DNA of 56,161 nt from Promethearchaeota archaeon (GTDB lineage: Archaea > Asgardarchaeota > Lokiarchaeia > Sigyniarchaeales > SOKP01). Where the stretch lies: NCBI GenBank assembly GCA_048940445.1, contig JBHLON010000024.1:1-56161 (forward strand), given 5' to 3'. The notes beneath the pieces are model-generated. The model was not told the DNA's origin. It worked only from the letters and a program-made list of their open reading frames with translations, and made no database searches. Shown piece after piece: positions 9,597-20,220 of this stretch. The stretch's first letter is position 1, and every line of letters starts with the position of its first letter. The position numbers and the translations under genes are program-made.

Positions 9597-10604
9597 TTAT
9601 TTTGAATGAGGCCTTTTTCCACTTTTATTGAAATTTACTTTTTTCTTTTGGTCTGTGTTTACAAGTGTTATACCTAAAATTACTAAGAGCAAAGCAAAGG
9701 GGTAAATAATAACATCGAATTGTTCTTGTAAAAAAATAGCTGAGAAAACTACTCCAAAGATAGGTACAAGAGTCTGAAATATTGCTGCTCTGCTAGCATT
9801 TAAGCGTTTAACGCCTTCTAAATAAAATGTATATGCACCTACAGTAGATAAAAACGCTAAATATGCAATCCCAAACCATATACGGGGAGGAATGGCAAAA
9901 TAGGTTATTGGATTTAGAAATTCAGGACTTATAAATAATGCTATAGGAGTGGTTATTAAAAACCCAAAAAAAGAGACCCATGTCATTATCCATAACGAGC
10001 TTGGTTGGAATGATGCTGGGGAATTCTGTGCTATATTTAAAAAATGACGGGAAGTTATCGTGTAAATTGCGTAAGAAAATGCAGCTATCAATATTAGTGT
10101 GTCTCCAAATATCCTATTTGGGACTTTTACATTAGGAGAAAATCCTACAACTAAAATTACAGCTGCAAATGCTAAAAGAGTTCCGAAAAGTTTTTTCCAG
10201 CTAAAAGATTCAGTTTTCAATAAGATACTCGAAAGTATCACAACCCAAATTGCATTTGTAGCAACTACAATACTTGCATCGCTCGCAGCTGTAAAGAACT
10301 CACCGAAGAGATAACCTATTTGATAAATTGTGACGGAAGTTAAACCCATAAAAATCAATAACTTCCAGTTCTTTTTTGCAAACTGCCAATTTATCTTTCC
10401 ATCTTGAATCTTAAGGATAGGAAAAAAGCAAATAATTGCTAAAAAATATCGTATTACTGCAATCATCAAAGGAGGGATAGTTGGTTTTTCAGAGACTAAC
10501 CATCTTCCAAGAGGCCAAGTTCCTCCCCATATTAACCCAGTAATAATTAATAATATATAAGCAATTAACTCTTTTTTTCTTTCAGATTCCTGAATTATCT
10601 TCAT
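9597..10604 (-). CDS. EamA/DMT family transporter
   Basis: About 10 TM helices in two repeats; IWGGTW, GD.LIL.AA.SYA.Y, L.P.FGV.FS..FL.E motifs. Confidence 0.93.
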   Translation of the reverse strand: MKIIQESERKKELIAYILLIITGLIWGGTWPLGRWLVSEKPTIPPLMIAVIRYFLAIICFFPILKIQDGKINWQFAKKNWKLLIFMGLTSVTIYQIGYLFGEFFTAASDASIVVATNAIWVVILSSILLKTESFSWKKLFGTLLAFAAVILVVGFSPNVKVPNRIFGDTLILIAAFSYAIYTITSRHFLNIAQNSPASFQPSSLWIMTWVSFFGFLITTPIALFISPEFLNPITYFAIPPRIWFGIAYLAFLSTVGAYTFYLEGVKRLNASRAAIFQTLVPIFGVVFSAIFLQEQFDVIIYPFALLLVILGITLVNTDQKKKVNFNKSGKRPHSK

Positions 10605-10624
10605 TTTTAGAACTATTAATTTAA

Positions 10625-11338
10625 CTAAATATTTTTAATTATCTCTATTACTTCAAACATCTCTTTTATTTCATAATCTGGTTGGATTTCTGGTATTGTT
10701 GATTGATCGGAATCATTAAACCAAATAGCCCGCATTCCATAATCTTTAGCTCCTTTAACATCTGTATGTAGGAGATCTCCAACATGAATACTATGTTCTG
10801 GTTTACATTGAAGCTTTTTGAGAGCATTCTCAAATAATAATGAATATGGTTTATAATACCCGATTTCATCAGAGAAGATTGTAACCTGAAAATATTTAAG
10901 AATACCATATTTTTGAAATATCTGGGATATTATATAACCGGGAGTAATACCCGTATTTGAAATTAGACCAATTTTGTAATCTTTTGAAAGTATTTCTAAA
11001 GTCTTTTTTACATTTTTTTTTAGTAAAGGAGGATCCTTTAACATAGCTTTCTCTAAATTTTCCTTAATTAGTTCAATTTCAATATTAGATATCTGAATTT
11101 TCAGGAAATTAGTCATCCTTACTATTCTCTCTTCAATGAATATATGGCGAAAGTTAAAACCATTATCTTTATAATCTAAAAATTTGAAAGATTTATCATA
11201 AACTTCTTCAATTTGATCGATATCATAGTCAAGATTTAAATCACGAAAGAATTTTGTTAGAAACTCTAACCTGATTCTCGAGAATGATTTATTCTGGAAT
11301 ATGGTATTCCAAAGGTCAAAAGTTATAGCTTTTATCAT
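10625..11338 (-). CDS. HAD-superfamily hydrolase
   Basis: FDLWNT motif I, LISNT, KP, HVGDLLHTDVKGAK..G. Confidence 0.93.
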   Translation of the reverse strand: MIKAITFDLWNTIFQNKSFSRIRLEFLTKFFRDLNLDYDIDQIEEVYDKSFKFLDYKDNGFNFRHIFIEERIVRMTNFLKIQISNIEIELIKENLEKAMLKDPPLLKKNVKKTLEILSKDYKIGLISNTGITPGYIISQIFQKYGILKYFQVTIFSDEIGYYKPYSLLFENALKKLQCKPEHSIHVGDLLHTDVKGAKDYGMRAIWFNDSDQSTIPEIQPDYEIKEMFEVIEIIKNI

Positions 11339-11538
11339 ATTTCTTCATTAATTTTAGCTAATTTATCCATTTCCTATATAAAATATATATCCAGAAATTA
11401 ACTCTTAATGAAGAATTTATAGATTCTAAATAAACTTATTGATTCATGAGTCTTCTCTTATCTAGATGAATCATTTTGAAATATCAAATATCATTATTTT
11501 ACTTAGAATGATTAAGCATAATAAGAAGTGTTTTAAAG

Positions 11539-12228
11539 ATGAAAAGATCTGAAGTCAATAAAGTAATAAAAGAGGCAATAATCTTTTTGCAAGATAGGAA
11601 ATTTTATTTACCTAGTTTTGCTTTCTGGACGATAAACGACTGGAAAAGTAAAGGAACAGAAATCAAGGAAATTGTTAACAATCAATTGGGATGGGATATT
11701 ACTGATTATGGACGTGGAGATTTTAATAAAAATGGCTTGATCCACTTTACGATTCGAAATGGTAATTTAAAAGATTTATCGAAAGGAGGAAAGCCTTATT
11801 GTGAAAAAATAATGATTATTAAAGAAAAACAAACCATACCACTACATCACCATTATAAGAAAATGGAGGATATTATTAATCGTGGAGGAGGAATTTTAGT
11901 AATTAGGTTATTTAATTGTACTAAAAACGATGAATTAGAACAAAATCAAGTAAAAGTTATGATGGATGGAGAAAGAAACTATGTTGATGCTGGTGGGATA
12001 ATCGAATTACACCCTGGAGATTCTGTCACTTTGACTCCTAAACACTACCATGAATTTTGGGCAAAAAAAGGAGGGGGAAAGGTACTAATTGGGGAAGTTT
12101 CTAGCATTAATGATGATTATATTGACAATAAATTTTACGAACACATTACACGATTTAGTGATATAGAAGAAGATGAAAAACCTCTTTACTTGCTTCATAT
12201 TGATTATGAAAAATATATTAGATTTTAA
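11539..12228 (+). CDS. D-lyxose/D-mannose ketol-isomerase (cupin)
   Basis: MKRSEVN, LGWDITDYG, FTIRNG, YCEKIM, P.H.H..K.EDIINRGGG, GEVS..NDD..DN. Confidence 0.92.
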   Translation: MKRSEVNKVIKEAIIFLQDRKFYLPSFAFWTINDWKSKGTEIKEIVNNQLGWDITDYGRGDFNKNGLIHFTIRNGNLKDLSKGGKPYCEKIMIIKEKQTIPLHHHYKKMEDIINRGGGILVIRLFNCTKNDELEQNQVKVMMDGERNYVDAGGIIELHPGDSVTLTPKHYHEFWAKKGGGKVLIGEVSSINDDYIDNKFYEHITRFSDIEEDEKPLYLLHIDYEKYIRF

Positions 12229-13333
12229 TCAATTTATTGTTATTTGCTAATTTATAGGCTAAAGCAAAACTCATCTTATTTATTGCAGTTTTTAAAGAGA
12301 TTTTTGATCCATACTTGAGATACAGAGTCCTAAATAAATACCCAAAGAAAATGTTTCCTATAATTACAGCAACCCATATAGTGATAAAATTCAATTGTTC
12401 TGTAAAAAGAAAATATATAATATTATGTGCAATATAAATAGTAAACGAGTAGTATGAATAAAAAAACAAATATCTATAACTTTTTTTGGTTTTAAGAAAG
12501 CTAAATATTTGTTTAGCCATGAAAAATGAAATTGCAATTAAGATTACTCCCAAGGAGTACGCAAATGCAGAAATTGTATTGAATACAAAAAATTCTGGGA
12601 AGAAAAACACAATTCCAAATATAAGTAAAAGGATCCCTGCTAGAAACATTGGAATTAACAGTTGATTTTTAAATAGGAGCTTCTGTTCTTCATGATTTTT
12701 TATATTATTTATCTCAAAAATTTTATCTCCTAATGCTGTTCCTAAAAGAAATATACTGAAATAAGCCCAAATGGGATATTGACTTTTTGGATTATAAAAA
12801 ACGTAATATATCACACCAAATAAATTAGGTTGATTTTCAAAAGGTAACAACAATGACAGGAAAAATTGATTTAAGATTAAAATTAAAATACTCAGTAATA
12901 TCCTAAAAGTTCTTGATACTTTCAGAAATGACCAAGATAGAATCAGTGAGAAAGCTATTGTTTGCAATACTAACCAACTCCATAAATTTATGATATTTCC
13001 ACTCCACAACACTGCTACAAAAAAATTGTAAATCAAACCAACTAATAATATTAACATCGCTCTTAAAAAATATGTATTCCGTACTGTAGATGGATTTAAA
13101 TCTAGATTTCGAAGCTTTAATTGAGTACTTCTAAATGCCAATGCTGCGCTTATTCCAGAGATAAAAAGGAATCCTGTAGCACCAATTGATTCTAAAAAAG
13201 CAAATAGCCATTGACGTAACCAATCATCCTCTGGCCTTAGCCACCAATCTATCATATGACCATAGATCATGATCCACATGCATGCACCACGAATAGTGTC
13301 AAGTCCAGTAATTCTCTTCAATCCTTTAATCAA
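12218..13333 (-). CDS. DUF1624 / heparan-alpha-glucosaminide N-acetyltransferase-like membrane protein
   Basis: R..GLDTIRG....MIYGH, FLFISGIS, VLQTIA, S.TIYIAH; multi-TM; 11-bp overlap with the convergent isomerase gene. Confidence 0.82.
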   Translation of the reverse strand: MIKGLKRITGLDTIRGACMWIMIYGHMIDWWLRPEDDWLRQWLFAFLESIGATGFLFISGISAALAFRSTQLKLRNLDLNPSTVRNTYFLRAMLILLVGLIYNFFVAVLWSGNIINLWSWLVLQTIAFSLILSWSFLKVSRTFRILLSILILILNQFFLSLLLPFENQPNLFGVIYYVFYNPKSQYPIWAYFSIFLLGTALGDKIFEINNIKNHEEQKLLFKNQLLIPMFLAGILLLIFGIVFFFPEFFVFNTISAFAYSLGVILIAISFFMAKQIFSFLKTKKSYRYLFFYSYYSFTIYIAHNIIYFLFTEQLNFITIWVAVIIGNIFFGYLFRTLYLKYGSKISLKTAINKMSFALAYKLANNNKLIKI

Positions 13334-13418
13334 CCTTTTTAATATTAAAGTAACTATATAAAATTTTAATTAGAAATAGGTTTTAATGTTTTAAAATTTT
13401 GAGAAAAATGGATGTTCT

Positions 13419-14264
13419 TCATAATAATAGAAATAGATCTAGCATGAACATATCTAAATTGAGATCTTTCAATAATTTCATATTATTAAAAATATAGGCA
13501 TAGATATTATCTTCGCTGAAATATTTCAAACACAGATAAATTCCTTTTACATCTTTTAAACCATTAACAACTTCAGAGAGAAGAAGTTTTAGAAATTTTA
13601 TAACTATCTCTTTTTCACATTTAATTAATTTTTCATCAATTATATTAAACCATGCTTCTTTAGAGAAAGTTATATTTGTTAATTCTTGTTGATCTTTAAA
13701 ATCTTTTTGGTTTATTAACGCTTTATATCTTTCATCTACTTTATTTAATATAATATTTTTAGATTTAGTATACATTCTATTTTCAATGATATTTCTAAGT
13801 ATAATAAAAATTTGTTGAAAGATTCCTAAAATATCAAAAAAGTCTGCTACTTGAGTTAAGGTTTCTACTTCTTCCCACTGATTATAGTAATCTTCAATGG
13901 TATTTAAGAAGGATGAGAATACACTAATGCTTCCATCCCAACTTTGACCTCTTTTTTTCCAAGTTGATTCAAATTGTTTAATAAAAGCTTCCTTTATAAC
14001 ATTTAATCTTCCCATTAAAAGCTCGGTTCTTACATGTTTTGTTCCAGCTGCTACAAAAAGTAAATTGAATTTTGGTTCTAGAATATAAATCCACTTTAAT
14101 CCTCCCATTTCTATTGATTCTAAAGATTGATGAAACTCAACCATAGAAAAATGGTGAAATGCGGTTAGAAAGCCAGAAACTATATCTTCGTCTGCATCAG
14201 TCTTCAAAAATGATTTGTAAAGTAATTTTGACCCTGAATCACTTTCAAGAATCCAAATAATCAT
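13419..14264 (-). CDS. longin-like domain protein with helical C-terminal region
   Basis: N-terminal IWIL...SG..LLY.....D.DIVSGFLTAF..F.......ESIEMGGL pattern, shared with other longin-like domains in this window. Confidence 0.7.
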   Translation of the reverse strand: MIIWILESDSGSKLLYKSFLKTDADEDIVSGFLTAFHHFSMVEFHQSLESIEMGGLKWIYILEPKFNLLFVAAGTKHVRTELLMGRLNVIKEAFIKQFESTWKKRGQSWDGSISVFSSFLNTIEDYYNQWEEVETLTQVADFFDILGIFQQIFIILRNIIENRMYTKSKNIILNKVDERYKALINQKDFKDQQELTNITFSKEAWFNIIDEKLIKCEKEIVIKFLKLLLSEVVNGLKDVKGIYLCLKYFSEDNIYAYIFNNMKLLKDLNLDMFMLDLFLLL

Positions 14265-14490
14265 TGTTAAATATTTACAGTAATTATTACTTAAAATTCT
14301 TATAGATTTAATTTAAGAACAAATTTTTTTCTAAATATTTAAACTTAAATTCTCGTATTTTCATTAATTATAAAATTATTATCACGATATTTCTCCTAAA
14401 ATGTCCATCACAAAGAAATTAGGAGAGTTTAAAAAAGTTAAATTAGACATTTGGTCTGATGTCTTTCATAAAATAACAGGGTATGATTAA

Positions 14491-16257
14491 TTGGAACAGC
14501 CATCTTTAATTCAAATAGAGTTCAAATTAAAAAGTACAAGAAAATTAGTTGAAATTCTTGTAGCTTTTCTTACAATTAAGAGAGTCAGTTATTTTTCCAT
14601 TATTCTAAATCCTATTTGCATTGTTTCTGGAATCTTCTATTTGATATTTCCAACTTATAATGCTTATTGGGACATTTTGGGCATTTTAATTATAGTTACT
14701 CTATTTACTAATGGTTTACTCGTATATATTAATTCAATAAAAGTAAATAAAGCGAGCAAATTAGGGAAAAGGTTAAATTTAATCTGTTATGGTTATTTAG
14801 GGTTTACGATTCTCGCACTAATGGGAATAATGGGTGGTAATTTACTTATTTATTCAAGTTATCAAGCATTAAGCGTTAATAGTGAATTTGGATACTTTTT
14901 AATCTACTTTTGCTATTTCAGTTTATTTGGATTTACTTTTTTCATTGCGATATTCGATATTAAAAACATTAAACATAAAATTCTTTGGAATAAAGCTAAA
15001 GTTCAATTTAAAAGAAATTTACGTATAACTAGAATTTTAAAGAAAATTTTTACTATTCTAAGTAATATGATTTTCTTTATTGGAATAATTTGTGCTTTTG
15101 TTATCATATTTGGATCATTTGAAATTGTTACCACTATTTTTGCTATGTTTTCCGCCCAATTTGGAGCATTTTTTTCATTAATCTTCCTTTTAAATACTCT
15201 TATTTTGATAAAATTAAAAAGGCACAAATGGACACCCAAAAAATTCAAGCGAAAAACAATCACTGGTCTTGTCGTATCATTTGTAATGCTTTTACCGATA
15301 CTTCTAACCAATGTTACTACCTATACTGCTAATAATAATTTTTCAACAGCATTTGGATTTGATTGGCGTAGTAGAATTCCGACGAGTGTAAATGAATATT
15401 TCCTAAAAACACCTTTTTCAACCTCTGGATACTTCCTTGGAATCCCTACAAAAGATTGTATAATAAAAGGACAACAGTTATATTATAGTTATAAAGGAGT
15501 GGATCTTTATTTTGATGCTTACTTGCCATTAAATTACGGGAGGGGCCTTCCTGGACAAAATTCAACAATAATTCGGATCCATGGTGGTGGTTGGATTTTA
15601 GGAGATAAAGGGGGATCAGATATGATTCCATTTAATAAGTACTTAGCGGCCCAAGGATATATAGTGTTTGATATCCAATATGGGTTATGTGATTCCTTTT
15701 TAACTCCAATAGATCCAATTACTCCAAAATATACCAAAGGGGATTTTAATATAGACGATATGATGCAACAAATAGGGAATTTTACATATTATCTAACTGA
15801 TCATGCATCCGAATACGGTGCTAATTTAAATTCTGTATTTATAACTGGAGGCTCTTCAGGAGGACATCTTACATGTGCGGTAGCATTGGCAATTGCGAGT
15901 GGAAACTACACAGATATATTTAGCTCAAGTATAATTGTAAAGGGAATGGTGCCTTATTATCCTGCTAATGGAGCAATGCAATGGTTCGGAATAGATGGTA
16001 AAGAAGAATTCAAAAACCCAGAAAATTTAATTGCATCCAATAGCCCTCCTTGTCTCATTTTCCAAGGAACCCATGATATTTTAAATTTCTTCAGTATAGC
16101 AACTAACTTCAAAAATATTTATTTATCACAAGGAAATAAACAGTGTGCAATTCTTTGGATGCCATTAGGAGGACATGGTTGCGACTTTTATTATCCGGGC
16201 TATTATACTCAGGTATTTCTTTATTATATGGAGCGATTTCTCTATCTTAATCACTAA
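14491..16257 (+). CDS. membrane-anchored alpha/beta hydrolase (esterase/lipase)
   Basis: About 8 N-terminal TM helices; IHGGGW oxyanion motif, GGSSGGH nucleophile elbow, QGTHD, GGHG. Confidence 0.88.
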   Translation: MEQPSLIQIEFKLKSTRKLVEILVAFLTIKRVSYFSIILNPICIVSGIFYLIFPTYNAYWDILGILIIVTLFTNGLLVYINSIKVNKASKLGKRLNLICYGYLGFTILALMGIMGGNLLIYSSYQALSVNSEFGYFLIYFCYFSLFGFTFFIAIFDIKNIKHKILWNKAKVQFKRNLRITRILKKIFTILSNMIFFIGIICAFVIIFGSFEIVTTIFAMFSAQFGAFFSLIFLLNTLILIKLKRHKWTPKKFKRKTITGLVVSFVMLLPILLTNVTTYTANNNFSTAFGFDWRSRIPTSVNEYFLKTPFSTSGYFLGIPTKDCIIKGQQLYYSYKGVDLYFDAYLPLNYGRGLPGQNSTIIRIHGGGWILGDKGGSDMIPFNKYLAAQGYIVFDIQYGLCDSFLTPIDPITPKYTKGDFNIDDMMQQIGNFTYYLTDHASEYGANLNSVFITGGSSGGHLTCAVALAIASGNYTDIFSSSIIVKGMVPYYPANGAMQWFGIDGKEEFKNPENLIASNSPPCLIFQGTHDILNFFSIATNFKNIYLSQGNKQCAILWMPLGGHGCDFYYPGYYTQVFLYYMERFLYLNH

Positions 16258-16264
16258 AAAATTT

Positions 16265-17077
16265 TTAAGTACTCTTTTTTGTTTTTAATCTGTTTTTTTG
16301 ATAGAAAAATACTAATGCAAGACTATTAGTAGTTAAATGTAATAACCAGGGATAAAGTAGACCTAGTTGTATCAAAGCAAAAAAATATATTATAGATGAT
16401 AATGTCGTCGATAGAAAATGCAACCAATTTTTCGAGGACGAAAAATGGCTAAATCCAAAAACGAGAGAGATAAACATGATGGCAATAAGAATATTCCAGT
16501 TGAGATAATTTACCAGAACTGTTAATAATAAACTTCGAAAAATAAATTCTTCAATAAATGCCGAAAGGGGTAATAAAAGAAAGATTAAAACAAGTTTTTT
16601 ATTAGTTATATTATTAGTAAAATATTCAAAAAAGTCATCAGATCTCTTTTCGTCAGTTAATTTGACAATCTTCTTATAAAAAAATTTTATTGGAAGAACT
16701 TTTAGAATAGTTAAAGTAAAATAGAGAAGTATTAAAAACGGATCATAATTTAACTTAATTCCTATTAGATTATAAAACGGAAAAAAGACAGCTGAGGTAA
16801 ATGCTTCATACGCATATATGAGTTCTATAATAAAAGATATAGGTATTAAAAGAAGTATTATGTGGAAAACCTTAATAGAACGTTTACTGTTTAATTTTAT
16901 ATTATAAAAAAGTGATAGTGCAATAAAGAAAATAATTGAAAAAGATAAGAGATATGATCCCACGAGGTTATCATAGGTAGAGCGAAAAAACCAAAATACA
17001 ATAATTAAAAATGTAATAATATTATAAAATAAATTTCTTGTTATTCGCTGTTCGGCTTTTTCAGGATTAAAAGACAT
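16265..17077 (-). CDS. CPBP (CAAX protease/Abi) family intramembrane metalloprotease
   Basis: EEFIFR, FGFSH and H..TN motifs in a multi-TM protein. Confidence 0.9.
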   Translation of the reverse strand: MSFNPEKAEQRITRNLFYNIITFLIIVFWFFRSTYDNLVGSYLLSFSIIFFIALSLFYNIKLNSKRSIKVFHIILLLIPISFIIELIYAYEAFTSAVFFPFYNLIGIKLNYDPFLILLYFTLTILKVLPIKFFYKKIVKLTDEKRSDDFFEYFTNNITNKKLVLIFLLLPLSAFIEEFIFRSLLLTVLVNYLNWNILIAIMFISLVFGFSHFSSSKNWLHFLSTTLSSIIYFFALIQLGLLYPWLLHLTTNSLALVFFYQKNRLKTKKST

Positions 17078-17214
17078 GAACTTATTTGAATGAATTATGA
17101 TATTATAGTAAATCCTTAAGCTAGAAAATTTTTAAATTTACTTGTAATAAAGCAAAAGAATTATATGCATTTTTTAATTTGATTTTTCACTAGAAATTAA
17201 AATTACTTTCTATA

Positions 17215-17583
17215 ATGGTGCAAGAAATGGGTGAAGAAGAAGAATTTAATCTTAATAAAGAAGAACTCGAATTATTTTATGAAATTCTTTTTAAGAAGAT
17301 AATGGAATTAATGAAAAAACCTGATATGGATATAGATCCCTTTGGAGAAATGATTAAAATCTTAAGTACGTTAAGCGGAATTTTTACTTTTAAAAGTATG
17401 ATTTCTCTAATACCTGAGCTAGTTGCTTTTGCAATTAGATATGGAATGTTAGTACAAAGGGCATATATGGATGAACAAGCGGATTTAGAGGAAGATCTCC
17501 AAGGTGTAGATAAAGAAGAAGAACAATTAAAAAGAATCTCAAAAATTAGAGATGATATTGATAAACTTAGTATATATCTATAG
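17215..17583 (+). CDS. acidic hypothetical protein
   Basis: Open frame, helical; operon-like spacing (9 bp) to the next gene. Confidence 0.7.
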   Translation: MVQEMGEEEEFNLNKEELELFYEILFKKIMELMKKPDMDIDPFGEMIKILSTLSGIFTFKSMISLIPELVAFAIRYGMLVQRAYMDEQADLEEDLQGVDKEEEQLKRISKIRDDIDKLSIYL

Positions 17584-17592
17584 AGGATAACT

Positions 17593-17994
17593 ATGATTTT
17601 ACAGATTTTTAATGAAGGTTGGTTGCAATCTTTAGATACTTTCGAAGAAATAATGTGGTTCTTGATACTCTATCTGGTCATCCTTATATTGATGACAATT
17701 TTCCTTAAGATAGCATTGAGTTTCTTCAGTAAAGCACGTCACACTTCATTTGGAGGTGTATTTCTTACTTCATTTCTTATCACAATTTTATTTGCGATAA
17801 TCTTTCTATTTCTAACTAGCTGGATCGCATGGATAGTAGCATTGATTATCACCTGGATAATTATTAGTATCAGGCACCATACTGGTTTTGGTTATGCTAT
17901 CATTGTAACAGTGATTGCTTTTGTCCTGTACGTAGTCGTTGCTATAATAATTGGGGTAATTTTTAATGTAACTCTTATAATTTTACCCTTTTAA
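17593..17994 (+). CDS. hypothetical 4-TM membrane protein
   Basis: Four hydrophobic helices with internal repeat RHTSFG / RHHTGFG; GAGG RBS. Confidence 0.75.
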   Translation: MILQIFNEGWLQSLDTFEEIMWFLILYLVILILMTIFLKIALSFFSKARHTSFGGVFLTSFLITILFAIIFLFLTSWIAWIVALIITWIIISIRHHTGFGYAIIVTVIAFVLYVVVAIIIGVIFNVTLIILPF

Positions 17995-18063
17995 ATAAAT
18001 CTTTTTACTTTTTTATTTCAGGATTCTAAATAATTTAAAAAAATAGTTTAAAATTGCTTTTTT

Positions 18064-18507
18064 CTAACAGAGTTTTCCTTCTATTTCATAACAATCAAAT
18101 AGATTATCAAGATCGTCAATGTAATTAACCATGGATTCATACCACTTGTCTAATAATTCTTTAAATTCAGTTTTAATCTCATTTATATCTTTTGCACTAT
18201 ACACGTAAATATATCCTCGTTTATTATCTAATGTTTCAGTATCTATTCCTTTATACTCGAAATAATCCTTTAATGAACGTGAGTCTCGACTAACAATTTT
18301 TAACTTAATTAATTCTCCTAATGCTCTTTGAATTGAACTTCGATCTTTATCCAAGACTTCCTTTAAATCCATTGTGCTAACATTTTGATGTTTTAGAATA
18401 TAAGAAAAGACGTTGGCTTGAATTTCATTAAGTCCAAGGATACATTTAAATAACTTTTCACTCCTAAATACATCCTTTTCGTCTAACTGTTCAATAATAC
18501 TTTCCAT
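18064..18507 (-). CDS. TrmB-like winged-HTH transcriptional regulator
   Basis: C.LGL......F..I.......DL...L.KDRSSIQRAL..L....IV.R followed by RGYIYVY wing. Confidence 0.85.
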   Translation of the reverse strand: MESIIEQLDEKDVFRSEKLFKCILGLNEIQANVFSYILKHQNVSTMDLKEVLDKDRSSIQRALGELIKLKIVSRDSRSLKDYFEYKGIDTETLDNKRGYIYVYSAKDINEIKTEFKELLDKWYESMVNYIDDLDNLFDCYEIEGKLC

Positions 18508-18557
18508 GGTTATTATCCTCTATTAAAATATTATAATTTAAAAATAAGAAAATAGCT

Positions 18558-18980
18558 TTATTTGGAAAATGATTTAAGTTTCTCAAGCACGCGTTCCATA
18601 TATTCTTGATTTACAGCTCCGACTATTTTGTGAACTACATTTTTATTTTTTATAAACAGTGTTGTTGGAATTCCTGTTATCCTATATCTTTGGGCAATCG
18701 AAGGGTTTTGATCTACATTTACTTTTATAAAAATGAATTCATTTGCATGTTCTTGCTGTAATTTTTCAAATATAGGTGCAAACATCATACAAGGTCCACA
18801 CCAAATTGCCCAGAAATCTATGATTATTACTCTTTCTGGATAGTCATTTAGTAAATTGTCAAATTCCTCAATTGAGTTTATTTTTATAACCTCTTTTGGC
18901 ATGGATTGTGACCTTAATAATGTTTCAGCCTTTTTCATCTTAATTTTTTCTATCTCATCGTTTGACATTTTTTTCTCCAA
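18558..18980 (-). CDS. trxA: thioredoxin
   Basis: IDFWAIWCGPC active site, KVNVD, I.GIPT. Confidence 0.93.
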   Translation of the reverse strand: MEKKMSNDEIEKIKMKKAETLLRSQSMPKEVIKINSIEEFDNLLNDYPERVIIIDFWAIWCGPCMMFAPIFEKLQQEHANEFIFIKVNVDQNPSIAQRYRITGIPTTLFIKNKNVVHKIVGAVNQEYMERVLEKLKSFSK

Positions 18981-19236
18981 TTTTTTGTAATTATTAAAGT
19001 TGTGCGAGAGTTGAGCACAACCTTTTCTTAATTGAAAAAGTCATATATCCTATTTAAATGTCTTTATTGTGAAAAAAAGGTCATAACTTATTATGAAAAA
19101 AGGCAAATTATATGACGATTTTAAGGCAATATACGAAATTAAGATATTTTTAGATAACTTATATATCATAATTTTTAAAACTAAAAATTTTATAAAAATT
19201 TAATTTTAATATTTCAACCCATAAAGGTAATAAATC

Positions 19237-20100
19237 TTGGAAATAAAAAGGCTCTCTGTATCTGAATTAGATTTTCTTCCCAGTATTTGTTTAGATCCAA
19301 GTGTAGGAAGGCAATTAAAAGAAATAATGAAAAAATGCATGGAACAAAGAATATGTTGGATAAAGAAAATGATGGAGTATGGATTAGAAATCCTAGTGGC
19401 TCTGGATATACCTAAAAGTAAAATGATTCATTACAAATGGGCAGGTAAAATGAAGCATTCAGATTTAGCAATAAGGAATTATGTGCCTATGGGATTACTT
19501 GAAAGTATTCCAATTGAATTTGCGTTAGAGCCTATTGAAGGCGAATCTTCATTATTTATAAATTGCATCTGGATTTTGCCACCGTTTTGGAATCGAGGAG
19601 TAGGGAAAACATTAATGAGATGCTTCATTAAACAGGCGAATAAAGTTGGTGGTGCTAGTGTTATAGCATATGATGGTGATAACTGGTTTGGAACTAAAAT
19701 AAAATATATGCCGTTATCATTTTTTCGAAAATTTGGGTTTAAAGAAATAGAACGTGAAGGTACGAGAGTTCTTCTTCATCTAGATCTTGGTTCAAAAAAG
19801 TTACCCTACTTTATAATAAATAAAACTGAAAGTGTTAAGCCACATGCTTGTGAAGTAAACATTTTTGTAAATAATCAATGTCCATGGAGTTGCTTTATGA
19901 TTGATGATATAAAGAAAAATATAAAAAAATATCCAGACATAAGGTTGAAAATAGTAAACACAAATAGCAGAGAAGATATTAGGCTCTATGGAATTTCTCG
20001 AGGTATAACAATAGATGGAAAGCCTTTAATTAAAAGAATGGTCTCTTGGAGTGAAATAAAAAGTCAATTTGAAAAAAATATTAAAAGTATAGGAGATTAA
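19237..20100 (+). CDS. GNAT N-acetyltransferase with C-terminal YoaP/thioredoxin-like domain
   Basis: INCIWI....NRGVGKTL acetyl-CoA motif, FF.KFGF, C-terminal QCPW. Confidence 0.8.
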   Translation: MEIKRLSVSELDFLPSICLDPSVGRQLKEIMKKCMEQRICWIKKMMEYGLEILVALDIPKSKMIHYKWAGKMKHSDLAIRNYVPMGLLESIPIEFALEPIEGESSLFINCIWILPPFWNRGVGKTLMRCFIKQANKVGGASVIAYDGDNWFGTKIKYMPLSFFRKFGFKEIEREGTRVLLHLDLGSKKLPYFIINKTESVKPHACEVNIFVNNQCPWSCFMIDDIKKNIKKYPDIRLKIVNTNSREDIRLYGISRGITIDGKPLIKRMVSWSEIKSQFEKNIKSIGD

Positions 20101-20220
20101 TTAAGGAAAAATTAATTAGGACTTTCTTAAAAATGAATAATATCGATAACTTATTCTAACAATACTTATAAACCTATATTTCTTTAAATCTATTTATAGG
20201 AGTGTTGTGGTTTAAAGTCA

